NCBI GenBank assembly: GCA_024688225.1 | Contig: JAILEI010000065.1 | Coordinates: 1 to 51,507, forward strand | From: Succinivibrionaceae bacterium | GTDB lineage: Bacteria; Pseudomonadota; Gammaproteobacteria; Enterobacterales; Succinivibrionaceae | Direction: 5' to 3' | Length of the DNA: 51,507 nucleotides | Shown here: piece after piece, positions 18,306 to 29,610 of the stretch | Layout: the number at the start of each line of letters is the position of its first letter | Position numbering within the stretch: the first letter of the stretch is position 1 | Notes under the pieces: model-generated | Seen by the model: the letters and a program-made list of their open reading frames with translations, nothing else | Told to the model about the DNA's origin: nothing | Databases searched by the model: none | Position numbers and translations under genes: made by a program

Positions 18306-19049
18306 CTAGAACGGCAGCTCGTCGTCCTCGGCCCCCTTGCTGTCGGGGTTCTGCTGCTCGGCGCGGCCCGCCGGGGCGCCGCCAAAGGCGCCCTGGGCCG
18401 GGCGCTCGTCAGGGTTCTGGAACCCCTCGCCAGGGGCGGCGGGGCCGCCGAAGGCCCCCTGGGCCGGGGACTGGTAGCCGCCCGAGGGCTGGCCGTAACT
18501 GCCCTGGGACTGGTAGCCGCCCGAGGGCTGGCCATAGCTGCCCTGGGACTGGTAGCCGCTCCGGCCCTGGCCGAAGCCGCGGCGCTGGGACTGCCCCTCG
18601 TCATCATAGCCCTGGCCCTGGCCGCGGGACTGGCCATAGCCACCCTGGCGCTGGCTGCGCTGGTAGCCGCCCTCACCCTGCCCCTGTCCCTGGGGGCGCG
18701 AGCCGAGCATCTGCAGCTCATCGGCGTAAATCTCGACGATGTTGCGCTTGATCGGGTTGCCGTTCTCGTCGTGGAGCTTGTTGTCCTCGTAGGAGCGGCT
18801 GCGGAGGCGGCCCTCAATGTAGACCTGGGACCCCTTGTGCAGGTAGTCCTGGGCGACCTTGGCGAGGCGGTCCCAGAGCACCACCCGGTGCCATTCCGCA
18901 TACTCGCCGCCGTTGCCCTGGCTGTCGCGACGGTACTCGTTGGTGACGAGGCTGATGTTGGCGACATTGGTGCCGTTCTTGGTCTGGCGAATCATCGGCT
19001 CGTCGCCGAGGTTGCCAATGAGGATTACCTTGTTAATTCCGCGTGCCAT
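18306..19049 (-). CDS. ssb: Single-stranded DNA-binding protein SSB (247 aa, long Gly/Gln-rich linker, C-terminal DDELPF)
   Basis: OB fold: [18 protein letters not shown]...[35 protein letters not shown], with an acidic tip EDDELPF. Divergent from uvrA, as in E. coli. Confidence 0.95.
   Translation of the reverse strand: MARGINKVILIGNLGDEPMIRQTKNGTNVANISLVTNEYRRDSQGNGGEYAEWHRVVLWDRLAKVAQDYLHKGSQVYIEGRLRSRSYEDNKLHDENGNPIKRNIVEIYADELQMLGSRPQGQGQGEGGYQRSQRQGGYGQSRGQGQGYDDEGQSQRRGFGQGRSGYQSQGSYGQPSGGYQSQGSYGQPSGGYQSPAQGAFGGPAAPGEGFQNPDERPAQGAFGGAPAGRAEQQNPDSKGAEDDELPF
18467..18560 (-). repeat. About 2.4 copies of a 39-nt in-frame tandem repeat within the ssb linker (encodes [13 protein letters not shown])
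   Basis: GGGACTGGTAGCCGCCCGAGGGCTGGCC(G/A)TA(A/G)CTGCCCT recurs on the plus strand at 18467, 18506 and (partial) 18545. Confidence 0.85.
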
Positions 19050-19110
19050 TTATGGTTCCTTGACTGGCCGTCCCCTGGGACATCCCGGGCAGCCGCTAAT
19101 GCAAAAACAA

Positions 19111-19126
19111 GTGCGTATAATATCAG
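19111..19126. promoter_or_regulatory. Overlapping divergent -10 elements for uvrA (TATAAT, + 19116-19121) and ssb (TGATATTAT, - 19125-19117), together forming a degenerate SOS-box-like CTG-N10-CAC
   Basis: The plus strand reads GTGCGTATAATATCAG. The elements lie 61 nt from the uvrA ATG and 68 nt from the ssb ATG. Confidence 0.35.
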
Positions 19127-19181
19127 ATCTTTGCCTGATGGACCCATGCGCATGGCCAGGCCCTGGGCACGAGGAGGAAGC

Positions 19182-22028
<2,847 letters not shown>

Positions 22029-22029
22029 C

Positions 22030-22404
22030 ATGGCAGAACTCACCGAGCGCGAGCTCAGCGCGGTGCGGGCGCTCAATCCCGAGTACCGCGCCTTTTTCTT
22101 CAGGAACCACGCCCAGGACGGCGTGTACATCCTGGTCAACGCCGAGGGGCCGTACCTCATCGAGGACACCGAGCCCGATGAGGAGGGGCGCCTGAGCACG
22201 GTGCTGCCGGTGTGGTGCGACGCGCGCCTCGCCGAGGGCTACGCCCAGCTGGTGCCGGATCTGGGGCTGCGCGCGCAGCGCATCGAGGCCGGGGCCTTTG
22301 GGCGCGAGTGGGTGCCGATGCTCAGGGAGCAGGGGGCGCTGCTGGGGCTCATGCCGCTCTCGCCCGAGGATGAGATGGAGGTGGACGACCCCACCCCGTT
22401 CTAG
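22030..22404 (+). CDS. Small acidic protein of unknown function, DUF2750-like (124 aa)
   Basis: Starts 1 nt after the uvrA TAG. The pattern ...VYILVNAEG...LPVWCDARLAEGYA...FGREWVPMLREQGALLGLMP...EMEVDD resembles remembered DUF2750 proteins. The frame shows high GC3. Confidence 0.6.
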   Translation: MAELTERELSAVRALNPEYRAFFFRNHAQDGVYILVNAEGPYLIEDTEPDEEGRLSTVLPVWCDARLAEGYAQLVPDLGLRAQRIEAGAFGREWVPMLREQGALLGLMPLSPEDEMEVDDPTPF

Positions 22405-22410
22405 GCCGCG

Positions 22411-22434
22411 GCGGCGGCCCGGGGCGGCCGCCGC
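22411..22434 (+). terminator. GC hairpin (GCGGCGGCC-N6-GGCCGCCGC) downstream of the DUF2750-like gene
   Basis: A 9-bp GC stem 7 nt after the stop codon, with no U-tract. Confidence 0.3.
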
Positions 22435-22480
22435 GCGCAGGCGTGAGGCTTATTTGGGATATCAAGCAAGAGAGGCAAGC

Positions 22481-23848
22481 ATGCACATTCATATCCTTGG
22501 GATCTGCGGCACCTTCATGGGCGGCATCGCCATGATCGCCAGGCAGGCGGGCTTTGAGGTCAGCGGCTCCGACGCCAATGTCTACCCGCCCATGTCCGAT
22601 GAGCTGCGCGCGGCGGGCATCGAGATTGGCGAGGGCTTTGGGGCGGAGCAGCTGGACCGGCGCCCGGACCTCATCGTGGTGGGCAACGTGATGCGCCGGG
22701 GGATGCCGGTCGTGGAGCGCATGCTCAACGAGGGACTGCGCTATGTCTCCGGGCCGCAGTGGCTCGAGGAGCACTACCTCCTCGGCAGGCACGTCCTCGC
22801 GGTGGCCGGCACCCACGGCAAGACCACCACCTCCTCCATGCTCGCCTGGGTGCTGGAGCAGGGGGGGCTGAGCCCCGGGTTCCTCATCGGCGGGGTGCCG
22901 CAGAACTTCAGCGTGGGCGCGCGCAGCAGCGACAGCGACTACTTCGTGATTGAGGCGGACGAGTACGACTGCGCCTTCTTTGACAAGCGCTCCAAGTTTG
23001 TGCACTACCACCCCACCACCCTGATCATGAACAACCTTGAGTATGACCATGCCGACATCTTCGCCAATGTTGGGGAGATTCAGCGGCAGTTCCACCACCT
23101 GGTGCGCACGGTGCCCGGCAAGGGGCTCATTGTCTCGCCTGAGGGCAATGCCCGGCTCGAGGAGGTGCTGGCCATGGGGGCCTGGACCCCCGTGGAGCGG
23201 GTGGGGGGCGGCGCGGGGCTGCACGCCACCCTGTCAAGGCCCGACGGCACGGTTGCCGAGATCTTCGACGGGGCGGAGCGGGTGGGCACCCTGGAGTGGG
23301 AGTGCACCGGCACCTACAACGTGCAGAATGCCCTGATGGTGATGGCGGCGGCGCGCGGGGTGGGCATCCCCCTCTCCCGCAGCATCAGCGCCCTGGGCTC
23401 CTTCCGCCTGCCGAGGCGGCGCATGGAGCTCAAGGGGAATGCCGGCGGGGTGGCGGTCTACGATGACTTTGCCCACCACCCCACCGCCATCCGGCTGACG
23501 CTCGAGGGCATGCGCGCGCATGTGGGCAAGGAGCGGATCCTGGCCATCTTCGAGCCGCGCTCCAACTCCCTGAAGATGGGGGCCAACCGCGAGGAGCTCG
23601 GGGGCTCGTTTGCCAGCGCGGACGAGGTGCTGGTCTACGCCCCGCCGTCCATCACCTGGGACGTGGAGGGCCTCGCGGCGACCTGCCCGCGGCCCCTGCG
23701 CGTGGCGCGCGACTTTGGCGAGCTGCTGTCCATGGCCGTGGCCGCGGCCACCCCGGGCACGAAGGTGGTGGCGATGAGCAACGGCTCCTTCAACGGCATC
23801 CACGGCAAGCTGCTCGAGCTGCTGGCGGCGCGGGAGCGGGGCGCCTAG
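22481..23848 (+). CDS. mpl: UDP-N-acetylmuramate:L-alanyl-gamma-D-glutamyl-meso-diaminopimelate ligase (Mpl)
   Basis: MHIHILGICGTFMGGIAMIARQAGFEVSGSD..., AGTHGKTTTSSMLAWVL, EADEYDCAFFDKRSKF. Confidence 0.93.
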   Translation: MHIHILGICGTFMGGIAMIARQAGFEVSGSDANVYPPMSDELRAAGIEIGEGFGAEQLDRRPDLIVVGNVMRRGMPVVERMLNEGLRYVSGPQWLEEHYLLGRHVLAVAGTHGKTTTSSMLAWVLEQGGLSPGFLIGGVPQNFSVGARSSDSDYFVIEADEYDCAFFDKRSKFVHYHPTTLIMNNLEYDHADIFANVGEIQRQFHHLVRTVPGKGLIVSPEGNARLEEVLAMGAWTPVERVGGGAGLHATLSRPDGTVAEIFDGAERVGTLEWECTGTYNVQNALMVMAAARGVGIPLSRSISALGSFRLPRRRMELKGNAGGVAVYDDFAHHPTAIRLTLEGMRAHVGKERILAIFEPRSNSLKMGANREELGGSFASADEVLVYAPPSITWDVEGLAATCPRPLRVARDFGELLSMAVAAATPGTKVVAMSNGSFNGIHGKLLELLAARERGA

Positions 23849-23857
23849 CGGCCCGCG

Positions 23858-24850
23858 TCACTCATGGTAGGGGGGCAGGCCCTTGAGGGCCTGCTCCTCG
23901 TCCTTGCGGTTCTTCCACCAAATCTCATAGGCGTTGACCACGTTCTGCCAGAGGATGTAGCAGCAGGGCGCCACCGCCACCGCGGGCGAGATGTAGGCCA
24001 CGGTGATCCAGATGCAGAACATGTTGTTCTTCTGCCCATAGGCCTGGCCCGCCGAGATGGGCTCTTGCTCCCCCTTGCCGATGAGGCGCCCCAGGCGGAA
24101 CTGCCCGAGGGTGCAGGCGAGGCTCACCGCGGCGAGGATCAGCAGCTTGGCCGCCCCCTGCCCGGAGTTGACGATGTTGGAGACCGCGGTGGCCGCCAGC
24201 ACGGTCAGGGTGAAGCCCCAGACATAGAAGGAGGCGTCCTTGAGGCGGGTGAGGATGAGGCGGTGCAGCGGCTTGATGCAGTAGCGGGTGAGGAAGGCCA
24301 GGAACAGCGGCAGCACGATCACCGGGAAGATCTTGGCGAGGATCATGGTGAACTGCTCGAGGAACGAGAAGCTGAGATCGTTCTCGATCAGCGGGAAGAC
24401 AATGGGGATCATGGTCGCCGCGGCAAGGTTGCTCAGGATCACGAAGGTGGTGAGCGAGGACTCGTTGCCCCCGATGCGGCTGGCGACCACCGCCGCCGCG
24501 GCCGCGGTGGGGCAGATGATGCACACCACCAGGGCCTTGAGCTCGAGCTCGACGGGCAGCCCCGGCCAGAAGTGGACGGGCAGCGCCACCGCCAGGCACA
24601 TGAGGTTCTGCGCGAGCAGCACCATCCAGTGCCAGCGCCTGAGGCGCATCTTGGCCGGATCGACCTTGCAGAAGGCGAGGTAGAGCATCAGGAAGATTAG
24701 CCAGGGCAGCGCGGAGAGCGCTGCGCCGCGCGCCATGGCGCGGTAGGGCCAGAGGGCCTCGACATTGTGGAAGAGGGCGTAGGTGCAGGATCCCACGACC
24801 AGGGCCAGGGGCAGCACCAGGGTGCGCAGGCGGTTGAGGTTAATCTTCAT
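23858..24850 (-). CDS. Polytopic membrane transporter, bile acid:Na+ symporter (BASS)-like
   Basis: About 10 predicted TM helices across 330 aa. The family assignment comes from general sequence character only. Confidence 0.6.
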   Translation of the reverse strand: MKINLNRLRTLVLPLALVVGSCTYALFHNVEALWPYRAMARGAALSALPWLIFLMLYLAFCKVDPAKMRLRRWHWMVLLAQNLMCLAVALPVHFWPGLPVELELKALVVCIICPTAAAAAVVASRIGGNESSLTTFVILSNLAAATMIPIVFPLIENDLSFSFLEQFTMILAKIFPVIVLPLFLAFLTRYCIKPLHRLILTRLKDASFYVWGFTLTVLAATAVSNIVNSGQGAAKLLILAAVSLACTLGQFRLGRLIGKGEQEPISAGQAYGQKNNMFCIWITVAYISPAVAVAPCCYILWQNVVNAYEIWWKNRKDEEQALKGLPPYHE

Positions 24851-24937
24851 GCTGGATGTTGCTGGGCAAGGGGGCGGCAGGGTTAAACTATCGAGGCACA
24901 TTGTAAGGTGAGTTTTGATTTAGGCAAGGGGGTGCAC

Positions 24938-26305
24938 ATGCCTGGTGCGGATGATTTTGGCGCGGAAGTGGCAAGGGAGCGCGAGCGCCTGCTGGGGGTG
25001 GCGGACCAGGCGGTGCGCTGGGCGCGCCAAAAGGGGGCGACCGCCTGCGAGTTTGACGTGGGCGCGGGGCACGGCCTCAGCGTGACCAGCCGCCATGGCG
25101 AGGTGGAGAACGTGGAGTTCAACCGCGACCATGGCGCCACCATCACCACCTACCTCGGCCAGCGCAGCGGCAGCGCCTCGACCACCGACCTCAGCGGGGG
25201 CGCCATCCAGGAATGCATCGAGGCGGCGCTGCAGATTGCCTCGTGCACCGACGAGGACGACTGCTCGGGGCTCTGCGATCCCGACCTGCAGTGCACGGAC
25301 TTTCCTGACCTCGGGCTGCTCTATCCCATTGTCACCGATCCTGACGAGGCGGTGCGCCGCGCCGTGGAGCTGGACCGGCTGGCGCTCGGGGGCCTGGGGC
25401 CGGGGCTCAAGGACAGCGATGGGGCCAGCTTTGACAGCCACCTCTCCTGCACGGTGCTCGCCAACTCCCAGGGCTTTTGCTCCGCCATCTCCTCCGCCAT
25501 CAATTTCAGCGATGTCACCCTGCTCGGCGAGGAGGGGGGGCGCATGCAGCGCGGGAGCGGCTACAGCGTGGCGCGGGACTTTAACCGGCTCTACAGCCCG
25601 CAGCGGGTGGTTGACGAGGCGGTGCGCCGCACCCTGGGCAAGCTGGGGGCGCGCAAGATCAAGACCGGGGAGTATGCGGTGATCTTCACCGAGGGGGCGG
25701 CCCGCTCACTGTGGGAGATCCTGCGCCGCGCCATCTCCGGTGGCGCGGTCTACCGCGGGCTCACCTTCCTGGCCGGGGCCCTGGGCACCCCCATCCTCCC
25801 GGGGTGGGTCACGGTGCGCGAGGATCCCCTGGTGGCGGGCGGCCTTGCCAGCGCCTGCCACGATCGCGACGGGGTGCGCACCCGCCCCATGGAGCTGGTC
25901 AAGTCCGGGGTGCTGCAGCACTACCTGCTCTCCTCCTATTCCTCGCGCAAGCTGAAAATGGTCTCCAACGGCCATGCCGGGGGGCGGTACAACTGCTTTG
26001 TCACCGCCGACGCCGCCCACACCCGCAGCCTTGAGGGGCTGATGGCCGAGGCCGGGGAGGGGATCGTGGTCGAGTCGCTGATGGGGCAGGGCATCAACCT
26101 GGTGAGCGGCAACTACTCGCAGGGGGCGAGCGGCTATTACTTCAAGGGCGGGGAGCGGCAGTACGCGGTGCAGGAGATCACCATCGCCTCCAATCTCCGG
26201 GACATGTTCAGGGATCTGGCGCTGCTGGGCGATGACACCGATGAGCGCTGCTCCATGCAGTGCGGCTCGGTGCTGTTGCCGCGCATGAGCGTCTCGGGGA
26301 CCTGA
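24938..26305 (+). CDS. pmbA: Metalloprotease PmbA (TldE)
   Basis: PmbA/TldD family, ending ...GSVLLPRMSVSGT. AAGGGGG lies 6 nt upstream of ATG 24938. GTG 24908 is an alternative start. Confidence 0.92.
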   Translation: MPGADDFGAEVARERERLLGVADQAVRWARQKGATACEFDVGAGHGLSVTSRHGEVENVEFNRDHGATITTYLGQRSGSASTTDLSGGAIQECIEAALQIASCTDEDDCSGLCDPDLQCTDFPDLGLLYPIVTDPDEAVRRAVELDRLALGGLGPGLKDSDGASFDSHLSCTVLANSQGFCSAISSAINFSDVTLLGEEGGRMQRGSGYSVARDFNRLYSPQRVVDEAVRRTLGKLGARKIKTGEYAVIFTEGAARSLWEILRRAISGGAVYRGLTFLAGALGTPILPGWVTVREDPLVAGGLASACHDRDGVRTRPMELVKSGVLQHYLLSSYSSRKLKMVSNGHAGGRYNCFVTADAAHTRSLEGLMAEAGEGIVVESLMGQGINLVSGNYSQGASGYYFKGGERQYAVQEITIASNLRDMFRDLALLGDDTDERCSMQCGSVLLPRMSVSGT

Positions 26306-26326
26306 GGGGCGGCCCGGGGCCGCCCC
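26306..26326. terminator. GC hairpin (GGGGCGGCC-CGG-GGCCGCCCC) between convergent pmbA and apbE
   Basis: A 9-bp stem fills most of the 29-nt convergent gap, with no U-tract. Confidence 0.35.
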
Positions 26327-26334
26327 CCTGGCGG

Positions 26335-27414
26335 CTAGCGGGACTTTCCCCCGCACTCAAGGTAGGGCGCAAAGGCGCTGCTATGGCGGATCTGGGCCTT
26401 GCCTGAGGCATCGAGCTCGATGGCCAGGATGGGCACCTGCTCCCGCTCGGCCCACTCGAGGGCGCGATCCGCCCCCATCACCAGCAGCCCAGTGTCCAGG
26501 GCATCGGTGGCCAGCGCGGTGTCGGCAATCACGGTGACGCTCACCGTGCGGTGATCCACGGGATATCCGCTTGCGGGATCGATGGCGTGGGAGTAGAGCT
26601 TGCCGGTCTCCCGGTCCAGGAAGTAGTTGCGGTAGGAACCCGCGGTGGAGAGCGCCTTGCCCAGCGGGCAGGCGGGGATCATCACCCGGCGGTCCTCGGC
26701 GGTGGGATCCTCAATCCCCACCTTCCAGGGCTCCTTGCGCTCGTTTACCCCCTTGGAGCGGATGGCCCCCGCCACCGCCACCATGTAGTTCCCGATGCCG
26801 AGGCGGTCGAGCTCCCCGGCGAGCAGATCCGCCCCGATGCCCTCGCCCACGGTGGCAAGGTCGATCCTAACCCGCGGGTCGCGCTTGCGGATCATGGCCC
26901 TGCCCCCCTCGCGGGTGAGGGTGAAGGCGTCGGGCCCGGTGAGGGCCCGGGCCGCGTCGATGTCCTCCTGTGAGGGGGCATGGGCGTCATCCCGCCCCCG
27001 CTTGCCAAAGCCCCACAGCTCCACCAGCGGCCCGACGCTGATGTCGGTCGCAAAGCCAATGCGCCGCTCCTCCTTGAGGGTGCCCTCGATGATGCCGGCC
27101 AGGAAGTCGGAGATCCCCTGGGGATCCGTGGAGGCCCTGGCATTGAGCATGGAGAGCTCTGAGCGCTCGTCAAAGGTGGAGATGGCGTCCACCACCTTCT
27201 TGAAGGTGCGCTCGGAGAGCTCGCGGAGCGCCTCCTCGCCGCCGGGGAAGCCCCCGGGGAGGGTCACCGCGTAGTAGGTGCCCATGGTCTGCCCCGCGAC
27301 CCGCAGCGCGTGGGGGACGTCGGTCTGCGCCGCGCTGGCGCTGGGCGCCTTGCCCTCGCAGCCCATGAGCAGCGCGGGCAGCAGCAGGGCCAGGGCAATG
27401 CCAGGCAGTCGCAT
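26335..27414 (-). CDS. apbE: FAD:protein FMN transferase ApbE (lipoprotein)
   Basis: Lipobox LLMGC, then MGTYYAVTL, GPLVELWGFG, ATVGEGIGADL and TAGSYRNYF. AAGGAGG lies 6 nt upstream of ATG 27414. Confidence 0.92.
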   Translation of the reverse strand: MRLPGIALALLLPALLMGCEGKAPSASAAQTDVPHALRVAGQTMGTYYAVTLPGGFPGGEEALRELSERTFKKVVDAISTFDERSELSMLNARASTDPQGISDFLAGIIEGTLKEERRIGFATDISVGPLVELWGFGKRGRDDAHAPSQEDIDAARALTGPDAFTLTREGGRAMIRKRDPRVRIDLATVGEGIGADLLAGELDRLGIGNYMVAVAGAIRSKGVNERKEPWKVGIEDPTAEDRRVMIPACPLGKALSTAGSYRNYFLDRETGKLYSHAIDPASGYPVDHRTVSVTVIADTALATDALDTGLLVMGADRALEWAEREQVPILAIELDASGKAQIRHSSAFAPYLECGGKSR

Positions 27415-27415
27415 C

Positions 27416-27646
27416 CTAGACCTCCTTGCAGTCAATCCGCCCCTGCCCCTTGCAGGAGGAGGGGGAGGGCACCGCGTCGGTGCCCTTAAGGTCGCAGTTG
27501 CGCTTGCAGGTGGCGCAGGTCATGCCCTCGAGGATGGCATTGGCCTCGCCCTCGCCCACCAGTGGCTTTTTCTTGAACAGCAGGCTGATGGCCAGCATGC
27601 CCACGAACAGCACGAAAAATATGAAGGAAATGGCGTAGATGAGCAT
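27416..27646 (-). CDS. nqrM: Small membrane-anchored Cys-rich protein, (Na+)-NQR maturation factor NqrM-like (DUF539), 76 aa
   Basis: One N-terminal TM helix (MLIYAISFIFFVLFVGMLAISLLF) followed by CATCKRNC...C...C. It is adjacent to apbE. It sits as the tail of ORF 27416-28000, whose upstream part overlaps gpmI. Confidence 0.55.
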   Translation of the reverse strand: MLIYAISFIFFVLFVGMLAISLLFKKKPLVGEGEANAILEGMTCATCKRNCDLKGTDAVPSPSSCKGQGRIDCKEV

Positions 27647-27677
27647 TGTCCTAGTCCCCCCTGGCCAGATTTTCCCC

Positions 27678-27683
27678 ATTATA
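27678..27683 (-). promoter_or_regulatory. Candidate -10 (TATAAT) for nqrM-apbE
   Basis: The minus strand reads CCCTTATAATGGGG, 32 nt upstream of ATG 27646 and just downstream of the gpmI terminator. Confidence 0.3.
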
Positions 27684-27712
27684 AGGGATTGGGGTGCCAC
27701 GGGGGCAGGGGG

Positions 27713-27755
27713 CAAAAAGGACTGGGCCCGGGGGCGGCATGCCGCCCCCGGGCCC
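27713..27755 (-). terminator. Rho-independent terminator after gpmI
   Basis: Palindrome GGGCCCGGGGGCGGC-AT-GCCGCCCCCGGGCCC (27724-27755), followed on the minus strand by AGTCCTTTTTG. Confidence 0.7.
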
Positions 27756-27771
27756 TTGGTGTGACTAAGCG

Positions 27772-29301
27772 CTAGGCCAGGGTCACGATGGAGGTGCCGG
27801 TCATCTCCTTTGGCTGCTCCATGCCCATCAGGTAGAGCATGGTCGGGGCGATGTCGCTGAGGCGGCCGCCCTCGCGCATGGTGGCCTTGCGGCCGACGTA
27901 GATGAGCGGCACCGGCAGGTTGGTGTGCGCGGTGTAGGGGGTGCCGGTCTCCAGGTCGCGCATGCGCTCGCAGTTGCCGTGGTCGGCGGTGATGAGGCAC
28001 TCACCCCCCACCTTCTCGAGGGACTTGACCACGCGGCCGATGCAGCTGTCCACGGCCTCCACGGCCTTGATCGCCGCCTCGTAGACGCCGGTGTGGCCAA
28101 CCATGTCGCCGTTGGGGTAGTTGCAGATGATGACGTCATAGGCCTGCGACTCGATGGCGGCGCACAGCTTCTGGGTCAGCTCCTCGGAGCTCATCTCCGG
28201 CTGCAGGTCGTAGGTCGCGACCTTGGGGCTCTGGATCAGGGTGCGCTCCTCGCCGGGGAACACCGTCTCCACGCCGCCGTTGAAGAAGAAGGTGACGTGG
28301 GCGTACTTCTCGGTCTCGGAGATGCGCAGCTGGGTCTTGCCATGGGTGGAGAGCCACTCGCCGAGGGTGTTGGTCAGATCCTCGGGCGGGTAGGCGCAGG
28401 AGGTCTTGATGTCCGCGGCGTACTGGGTGAGCATCACGAAGTCGCTGAGCGCCACCACCTTGCCGCGCTCGAAGCTGTCAAAGTCGCGGTTCACGAAGGA
28501 TCTGGTGATCTGGCGGGCGCGGTCGGCGCGGAAGTTCATGAAGATGAGGCTGTCGCCGTCCTCCATCGGGGCGGGCTCGCCAATCACCGAGGCCTTGACG
28601 AACTCGTCGTTCTCATCGCGCGCGTAGGCGGCGTCCAGGGCGGCGTCGGCGCTCGCAAAGGGCGCAAACTCGCTCTTGGCCTGGGTGAGCAGGTCATAGG
28701 CGGACTGCACGCGGTCCCAGCGGTTGTCGCGGTCCATCGCGTAGTAGCGGCCCACGATCGAGGCAAAGCGCCCCACGCCGAGCTCCTTGAACTTCTGCTC
28801 AAAGGCCCTGATGTAGTCATGCGCCGAGCGCGGCGGCACGTCACGGCCGTCGCAGAAGCCGTGGAAGTAAATCCGCTTGGCGCCACGCCTTGCCGCCAGC
28901 TCGAGCATGGCGAGGATGTGATCCTGGTGGCTGTGCACCCCGCCCGGGGACATCAGTCCCATGACATGCACCGCGTGGCCGCCGGCCACCGCCTTGTCCA
29001 CCGCGGCGGTGAGCGCCGGGTTCTCGAAGAAGTCGCCATCCTTGATGGCCTTGGTGATGCGGGTCAGCTCCTGGTAGACGATGCGGCCGGCGCCAATGTT
29101 GGTGTGGCCGACCTCGGAGTTGCCCATCTGCCCCTCGGGCAGCCCCACGTCAATGCCGGAGGCGCTGATGTCAGTGTGGGCATAGCGCTCGCACAGGCCG
29201 TCGAGCACCGGGGTCTTGCCATTGGCGACGGCGTTGAACTGGGTTTCGGGGTTGTCGCCCCATCCGTCCATGATAATGAGGGCCAGGGTTTTCTTAGCCA
29301 T
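27772..29301 (-). CDS. gpmI: 2,3-bisphosphoglycerate-independent phosphoglycerate mutase
   Basis: [15 protein letters not shown]..., [23 protein letters not shown]. Confidence 0.96.
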   Translation of the reverse strand: MAKKTLALIIMDGWGDNPETQFNAVANGKTPVLDGLCERYAHTDISASGIDVGLPEGQMGNSEVGHTNIGAGRIVYQELTRITKAIKDGDFFENPALTAAVDKAVAGGHAVHVMGLMSPGGVHSHQDHILAMLELAARRGAKRIYFHGFCDGRDVPPRSAHDYIRAFEQKFKELGVGRFASIVGRYYAMDRDNRWDRVQSAYDLLTQAKSEFAPFASADAALDAAYARDENDEFVKASVIGEPAPMEDGDSLIFMNFRADRARQITRSFVNRDFDSFERGKVVALSDFVMLTQYAADIKTSCAYPPEDLTNTLGEWLSTHGKTQLRISETEKYAHVTFFFNGGVETVFPGEERTLIQSPKVATYDLQPEMSSEELTQKLCAAIESQAYDVIICNYPNGDMVGHTGVYEAAIKAVEAVDSCIGRVVKSLEKVGGECLITADHGNCERMRDLETGTPYTAHTNLPVPLIYVGRKATMREGGRLSDIAPTMLYLMGMEQPKEMTGTSIVTLA

Positions 29302-29550
29302 AGGGTATCGCTCCAACGTGTTCAGGGGACCTTGCGGCGCGCTGCCGCAAAACCCCCTTATCTTACTACCTTTTTGCGCCTTGCCGCCTCGCGCCTTGCC
29401 GCAGCCCCGGGCCGGGGGGCGCGGGGATCCGCGGTGGCGCGGCCCATTTTTGCTATCCCCTTGTTATGAAAGGCCTTGGCCGGCAGGGACGGGTTTCCGG
29501 GGCCCTGAGGTGCCGCACGGCGCGCGCGGGGGCAAAAATGCGGGCCAGTG

Positions 29551-29559
29551 TGCTAAAAT
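29551..29559 (+). promoter_or_regulatory. Candidate extended -10 promoter (TGCTAAAAT) for yibN-secB-gpsA
   Basis: A TGn + TAAAAT element 52 nt upstream of GTG 29611. Confidence 0.4.
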
Positions 29560-29610
29560 CTGCAACTTGGATTTGGCGCCCGCAGGCGCGGCAAGGGAGT
29601 TCAGGCCACC

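Noticed and set aside
18053-19181. ORF 18053-18967 (-, Ser/Ala/Arg/Thr-rich) and the 328-codon N-terminal extension of the uvrA ORF (18198-19181) running across ssb.
   Set aside because: Both overlap the clearly real ssb gene. uvrA has a strong RBS plus the canonical [14 protein letters not shown] start at 19182, and the extension reads as junk low-complexity sequence.
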